A stretch of 63,560 bases of DNA, counting the filler, from Globobulimina sp. (Eukaryota): the NCBI GenBank assembly GCA_003354225.1. It is 34 parts of 34 records of this genome, joined end to end, with 100 filler letters (N's around TTAATTAATTAA, not from the genome) between each part and the next. Parts side by side here need not be neighbours in the genome. Positions count along the whole stretch, not along the records: positions 58,048 to 59,818 come from PIVH01012132.1; positions 59,919 to 61,689 come from PIVH01012133.1; positions 61,790 to 63,560 come from PIVH01012134.1; 31 more parts are not named here. One strand, given 5' to 3'. Of this stretch, positions 57,948-63,560 are shown one piece after another. The notes beneath the pieces were generated by a model. The model was not told the DNA's origin and searched no databases. It saw nothing but the letters and a program-made list of their open reading frames with translations. Position numbers and translations under genes: made by a program. The first letter of the stretch is position 1; each line of letters begins with the position of its first letter.

Positions 57948-58328
57948 NNNNNNNNNNNNNNNNNNNNNNNNNNNNNNNNNNNNNNNNNNNNTTAATTAAT
58001 TAANNNNNNNNNNNNNNNNNNNNNNNNNNNNNNNNNNNNNNNNNNNNTTCTTCATCATCTTGTTGTACTTGCAATAAATAATAGGTAACATTGTTTTTTG
58101 TTGCTGAGTTTACAATTATTACTGTGAATGGAACGTCCATTCTTACTCGCTTTAAAAAAGTTTTTTTTAAAAAAAATGTTAGTATTTTATCCGTGTAAGA
58201 ATTTAATTTAATTCCTTAGTACAATGATAAATGTATAAATATTGGAATAAAAACCAGTTAAAAAGAAGGCACAGGCCCTTGTGTAATGTGTAATGTATCT
58301 TCTTTGTTGTATGGCGGATAAATATAAG

Positions 58329-59414
58329 TCACAGAAGCTGATATAAATGAGACAAGTTGTCATATGTTTGGCATTGTTTTGGTAAATTAAACGGAAAACA
58401 GTAGTAATCCAACCAATAGATTTTGCACAAATTCGTTACATTAACATGAGATAATACATTTTTGTTTAAATAAAATTTATTTTTTGAATTTCGTGAGTTT
58501 CTTGTTATAAATTGTTTGTTGAATACCGTTCTGTTGAGGTTGAGAAATTTTGAACTAATTTGGAGCATATTTTGAGTGAAATTATCATATAAATTCCCAA
58601 TATAATTAAATTTGTATTTATTCCAGACTTTATCATGCAAAAAATATATTTGCGGTAAAATATGAATATCTGGGAAAATGTGATAAAATGGAAAGTCAAA
58701 TAATTGAAATTGAGAATTCGAATTGGATTTATTTACGAGTTGATTTACAAATTTTTCATATATTTGATTTAATTTACGAATAAAATATTGATGATACTCA
58801 TCAGGAGTTAGATTGTTTAAATATTCATATCCCTTCCAATGAAGTGCTTTATTCGATGTTGACTGAGAGAAACCAGATAAAAAATGATCAATCGGATCAC
58901 GAACGAACGTAAATAAAAATAAGCCATCGCCATCAATGTATTGTTTAAATGCATTAAATTCTATTTTATTGTTGTTATTGTTATATTTGTTGTTAAAACC
59001 TAACGAAATATAACTAATATTTAATATTTTTGATATTTTTGAAAGCATTGATTTAATGGTGGTGCCGCCTGCTTTGTAAACATGAATATATGCAATGTTT
59101 GTATTATTTAGCATTGTACTAATATTAGTATATGATATTTCATTTATTTCGAAACGTTTTGTTGGAATATTTAATGATTTTATATCACATTTTGCATTGA
59201 AATATTCGAGAAAATTATTGTCAAATAATTCATTCACATTTTTCAAAGATTCATCCTTCGAATTCCTGTAAATTAGCAGGCCATCATCTAATGGTCTTAT
59301 TATTTTTATTGGTCTATTTTTATTGGTAAATGCAATAAATATCTCAATCAAACTCAATGCAATACATATCAATATGATCAACAACATCAGAAGCACGTGT
59401 AAAACATCTTTCAT
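58329..59414 (-). CDS. Golgi-type sulfotransferase (Sulfotransfer_2-like)
   Basis: N-terminal TM helix; 5'-PSB YIHVYKAGGTTI; 3'-PB FTFVRDPIDHFLSG; HILPQ; YWLDYYCF. Confidence 0.88.
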   Translation of the reverse strand: MKDVLHVLLMLLIILICIALSLIEIFIAFTNKNRPIKIIRPLDDGLLIYRNSKDESLKNVNELFDNNFLEYFNAKCDIKSLNIPTKRFEINEISYTNISTMLNNTNIAYIHVYKAGGTTIKSMLSKISKILNISYISLGFNNKYNNNNNKIEFNAFKQYIDGDGLFLFTFVRDPIDHFLSGFSQSTSNKALHWKGYEYLNNLTPDEYHQYFIRKLNQIYEKFVNQLVNKSNSNSQFQLFDFPFYHIFPDIHILPQIYFLHDKVWNKYKFNYIGNLYDNFTQNMLQISSKFLNLNRTVFNKQFITRNSRNSKNKFYLNKNVLSHVNVTNLCKIYWLDYYCFPFNLPKQCQTYDNLSHLYQLL

Positions 59415-59918
59415 TTATCTTAAAATGACAGTAAACCTAGGTAGGTTGCTTTAGAACGAGTGTTCTATGTCGACGTTTCGGGCAAATGCTTTAAATTGAA
59501 GTTAAAATGATATCACATACAAATTACAAATATCAAATAAAAACGGAGTGGAGTGATGGATCAGAAGTATTAAAAAGAAACTATAAATTTTAAAGATGCA
59601 GTAGCGTTATAATTATAGTCATTATGTGAATTAATTATTTGCAAGGCATCGTTTTGAAGAGTTTCCTTTATTTGCTGGTTCCCGGTGTAATGGATAAATA
59701 AATGTTCTTTTGCTATCTTTAGGGACCACAGTTGAAACACAGTATGGTGTTGATACAATTTTGTGTTGACAATAATGCTGGTCTATTTGAATCAATGCTG
59801 AATGATATTAATTACCCTNNNNNNNNNNNNNNNNNNNNNNNNNNNNNNNNNNNNNNNNNNNNTTAATTAATTAANNNNNNNNNNNNNNNNNNNNNNNNNN
59901 NNNNNNNNNNNNNNNNNN

Positions 59919-60480
59919 GTATAATGATCATAGGAATTATAGTCATAATGGATATGATAATAATCGACGAGGAAAGGAGAGGAACGACCATTATTACAAT
60001 GGACCATCTGTACCGCCGATGAGTCGGCAAAGGGAGAGATATAACAATAATAATAATAGAGTGTCACCGCCAGTGCAACATGTACAGCGTAAGCCGTTTG
60101 TAGTTGGTGATGATGCATGGTCGAAGGGGATGAAATGTCAAATTGTTTTTATTGATACACAATTAACACCGCCTCAATTCACTGTGCAATATTATGATAA
60201 TAAACGACAGGAGAATATGGAGGAAATTAATCTCAGTCGAAAGGCACCATCGACACAGCCACAGCCACAAAATTATGATTATGGGCAACAACAAAACCAA
60301 CAGCAAAATAATCAAAGGAAATATAATAATAACAACAATAGCAATGCTAGTATGATCAAATTGGAGTATGATGATGTTGACGATTTTTATGGACCGCGAA
60401 GAGATCAGACGAATGATAATGATTCACCATCGACACCACCGCCAAATACTACTAATCTTACATTTTCAGCTTTGTTTTGA
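59919..60480 (+). CDS. Low-complexity (N/Q/D-rich) protein C-terminus with a small beta domain
   Basis: Open frame including FVVGDDAWSKGMKCQIVFID....FTVQYYD; family not recognised. Confidence 0.5.
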
Positions 60481-60597
60481 TGGAAAAAATAGTAATAAAC
60501 GCATTGTTTAGATGTAACTTTAATTAATTATAATGTTTAAAGTTGTGTTTTTTTCTTCGTCAGATTTTCTGTTTTAAAATCGGACGAAACCTTAAAT

Positions 60598-61224
60598 TCA
60601 TAAAAGTTTAAATTTTGAAAAAAAAGAGTTTTGTGTGTTTAATGGGCTCGATTTCTTTTGCGTAATCCTAGTTCCTTTTAATCGCTCTGAATCAACCGTA
60701 CCGTTTGGATTTGATAGAGTTTTCGGTGGAAATCCTGCCATTAAATAAAAGTTTGCCTGATATCCAGATATTGCTTTAAAATGAGCATATATTTCCAAGA
60801 CAGTGTTAGTTAAATTTACTTTTAATGTTTCTTTGCTTCCTCCAATTAATATTATTTGTACTGTGGTATTAGGGTTGGATGAGTTACATTCAATTTTTTG
60901 AGGCAGGACATTCTCAAATAATACATTTAAATTTTGGTTATTTTGATTGCTATTATCAATCATTGAATGTTCTGCACCTTCAAATGTTTTATGCGTTTTT
61001 GCTTCTTCACTCATCGTCGACGTCGAGGGGGTAACACCACTAAACAATCCTGCTATTTTTGCATTTATTGCATTGACGCCAGCAAATAATTTCCTAAGGC
61101 CACCACGAAAAAAGTTTTGCGCGCCATCATCTACGTCGTCCCATTTTACATATAATGCCATTAATACTGCTATGAATACGAAAACCATCATGAACGCAAA
61201 TTCGAACAGAATGCTAAGTCCCAT
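60598..61224 (-). CDS. Membrane-anchored UBX-domain protein (p47-like UBX)
   Basis: N-terminal hydrophobic helix; PNTTVQIILIGG...VNLTNTVLEIY...FYLMAGFPPKTL...TV....L. Confidence 0.8.
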   Translation of the reverse strand: MGLSILFEFAFMMVFVFIAVLMALYVKWDDVDDGAQNFFRGGLRKLFAGVNAINAKIAGLFSGVTPSTSTMSEEAKTHKTFEGAEHSMIDNSNQNNQNLNVLFENVLPQKIECNSSNPNTTVQIILIGGSKETLKVNLTNTVLEIYAHFKAISGYQANFYLMAGFPPKTLSNPNGTVDSERLKGTRITQKKSSPLNTQNSFFSKFKLL

Positions 61225-61351
61225 GATTAGAAGTGAGCTATAAATATAGTTGGTTTTGCTAAAATTAGTGATTTAGGTTTAAAATCAAACAACGGCTGTT
61301 CATTATTGTTAAAAAAAAAAAAGTATGTCTTTATCCGAAATAAAGCATGGA

Positions 61352-61689
61352 TCAAACAATAGTTTCTATATTATTCGTAAACTCCAACATATCTTTGGCA
61401 CAGACAGTGGCTTCGATTTCTTGTTGTTTTTCTTGAATTGGAGCAAAACAAAGTGTATCATTATTAAGAGTCCAATCTAATTGATTTGTTTTAACATATT
61501 GTCTTAAAGTATCAGCATTATTCAATGATAACATATCTAATGCATCTTTAAGTGGTATCTGATCATGAACGCATTGCAAAGAGAGTGAGATTTCACTCCT
61601 CACCGTTTGCTCTAATTTATTAATTAATGCACTGTATGTTTTATCCGGTTTATTTCTCTTTGATTCGATAATTTTTCCATAGGAGCCTT
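61352..61689 (-). CDS. RPN12: 26S proteasome regulatory subunit Rpn12/PSMD8, C-terminal fragment
   Basis: GSYGKII.....PDKTY...INKLEQTVRSEI...I.LKDALDML...W...MLEFTNNIETIV* parallels the Rpn12 C-terminus. Confidence 0.8.
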
Positions 61690-61789
61690 NNNNNNNNNNN
61701 NNNNNNNNNNNNNNNNNNNNNNNNNNNNNNNNNTTAATTAATTAANNNNNNNNNNNNNNNNNNNNNNNNNNNNNNNNNNNNNNNNNNNN

Positions 61790-62173
61790 AAAGAATATTA
61801 ACAACAATCTGGAAATATAGACTGTAAACAAACGAAATGCATATTCTGTGCCATTGAATACGCGGTATAACCTCTCTAAGAACAGGAAATATGAAAAGAA
61901 TTTAAATAAAAAATACGAAAAAGATACTAGATCTGTTAATAATTTGCATGATATGAATGTGGGGGGAATTCCAAATGCCGTAATAATAGAAATAATGTTG
62001 AAATAAACAGCAGATATAAGTGCTAAGACAGAGAATATCTCAATTACAGAAATGTTTCCTTTGCTTTTGTGAAATTGCAATGTGCGACAAATATGATAAA
62101 TACACAAAATGGAGTTGTGAGTAAATGCTACAATCCCTACAGTTGGTATAATGATTTGAACTGATCCATCCAT
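61790..62173 (-). CDS. 7TM GPCR-like protein, N-terminal fragment
   Basis: Three TM helices, Cys before TM3, YFLFLERL..VF.GT.Y; resembles the receptors at 37806 and 48691. Confidence 0.7.
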
Positions 62174-62261
62174 AATTGTTTGAAAATGAATAGATAAATT
62201 AAACTGAACTAAAAGTTTTTTTTTACAAAATATATTGACTAAACAAAATTATTAGGAGATC

Positions 62262-62648
62262 ATGTCACAATCAGGAGATCATGTGGAGACCGTCAAGTTA
62301 TTTAAACATTACCGGAAAAGTGAATTAGGAGTGGCATTGTATGACGCATTGACAGACTTAGTGAATGAAGATATATTTCCGGAAGATATGGCAATGGAAG
62401 CCTTTAATCATTACGATATGGCAATGTGTAAATTGTTGGAAACTGAAGTGAGAACAAAAATAGTTGAATGGAGCGGAAAATTGGCCGTCTACAGATTTTG
62501 TGAAGATGTTTGGCAATTTTTTTTAAAGGATGTTACATTTAAAACTCAGGGAAATCCAGTCTCGGAACAAATTCATTCAAAACATGTCCATATTATTGCT
62601 TGTGATGGGAAAGAAAAGAAATCACGAAAAAGAAGATCAAGAAACTAA
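62262..62648 (+). CDS. TOA2: Transcription initiation factor IIA gamma (small) subunit
   Basis: HYRKSELGVALYDALTDLV, YDMAM...L, GKLAVYRFCEDVWQF.LKDVTFK, IIACDGK. Confidence 0.93.
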   Translation: MSQSGDHVETVKLFKHYRKSELGVALYDALTDLVNEDIFPEDMAMEAFNHYDMAMCKLLETEVRTKIVEWSGKLAVYRFCEDVWQFFLKDVTFKTQGNPVSEQIHSKHVHIIACDGKEKKSRKRRSRN

Positions 62649-63560
62649 ATATCCTTGCACTCATAACATTGTTTTAGTAATTTACATTTATTTCATTTGA
62701 AAATGTTTCATTCAGTTCAGTTTGCCAATTATTCCTTGAGATATATTAACAAAAATAGTGAGTAGTGACTATATTGCACGCATAAAACAAAAATTATAAA
62801 CAAATCGATAGTTTGAACATACAAATTTTGCTGTTCGTATTTTATTACATAACTTATTCAACAATAAAATATATAAAATAAAAAGAAAAAAAAAGGAGTA
62901 ATCTCAAAATGTCGAATGCTTTAAAAGAAAGAAAAAAAACGCTCAAAATCATTATCCACAACAAATGTCATTTCGAATCACTTTATTCCATTATTTTTGT
63001 GTATTTCACTGAGCAAATTTTGCAGTGTATTCCCGAGCTAATTATTATATTTTATCGCATAAATCATATAAAAGTAATAAAAAGAAATAATAAATAGATA
63101 CCGAGTTTGTTTGCTTGTTTTAGATCGGTTTTCCACATTTCAGCGACTTGATTATCTAAAGGATCGTCAGGGTTTGGATCCTTGCACAGAGAGAGAGAGA
63201 GACATTTAAGAGTAAAATAAGAGATTTGGAGATAAATAATATGCGTATTTGCGTACTAAACTTGCATTAATAATTGGATCGATAAACAAACCCTTGAGAT
63301 TGTAAGAGCGGGCGTCCATTTATCTTTTAGTATATCTAAACAAATCCGACCTAATTTATCCACATTTGGATGATATATTTTGGTTAAAAATCTACATTTT
63401 GGTGGCTTCATTGGATATTCTTTGGTTAAAAACATTTCTAATTTAAATATACCACCTTCGTATGGGGTATCTGAAGGGCCAGCTACGACTATAGTAAAAT
63501 AACGATAATTGTCGTTGTGAGGAGCGATGGAAATGCCGGGAGGCGCATATTTCCCTAATC

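Noticed and set aside
1775-61789. Regularly spaced TTAATTAATTAA palindromes as a CRISPR-like or biological repeat
   Set aside because: Always centred in exactly 88 N; this is an artificial six-frame-stop linker.
62909-63560. 62-aa ORF and the terminal region with an (AG)n tract
   Set aside because: No motif or structural support; treated as intergenic.

Overview
This window is not one locus. It is 34 unrelated short contigs (about 1,771-1,774 bp, ordered by decreasing length) joined by an artificial 100-bp spacer (44 N + TTAATTAATTAA + 44 N, stops in all six frames). Gene neighbourhoods across spacers are therefore meaningless. Most contigs come from an AT-rich, gene-dense microbial eukaryote with short GT-AG introns (mostly 51-131 nt) and the standard genetic code. 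The gene content (several 7TM receptors, PPR proteins, nephrocystin-1, an HLDLxxEN kinase, PT-repeat surface protein) is compatible with a rhizarian such as a foraminiferan; this is an inference, not a classification. Recognisable genes: beta-adaptin, HSL-type lipase, C2H2 zinc finger, MATH protein, GH28 polygalacturonase, MPPED-like phosphoesterase, NPHP1, PH protein, S10 carboxypeptidase, DOMON-cytochrome b561, rhodanese-DSP, EF-hand protein, mitochondrial carrier, Arb2/FAM172-like, kinase, CAR/GCR1-type GPCR, AcpS, CDF transporter, carboxylesterase, sulfotransferase, UBX, Rpn12 and TFIIA-gamma. Mobile DNA: a KDZ transposase, an intron-containing piggyBac-like 3' end, a dead LINE, two MITE-like foldbacks and a tRNA-derived element. 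At least three contigs join bacterial-looking DNA to eukaryotic genes, most simply explained as amplification or assembly chimeras. The best leads are a membrane-anchored LasB/vibriolysin-type M4 protease, a Tudor-like/HNH/SAM fusion, a tRNA-like element with a 4-nt anticodon loop, and a tandem methyltransferase with an RG-rich first exon. All family calls come from motifs read by eye; no searches were run. No complete multi-gene novel system can be demonstrated from contigs this short.
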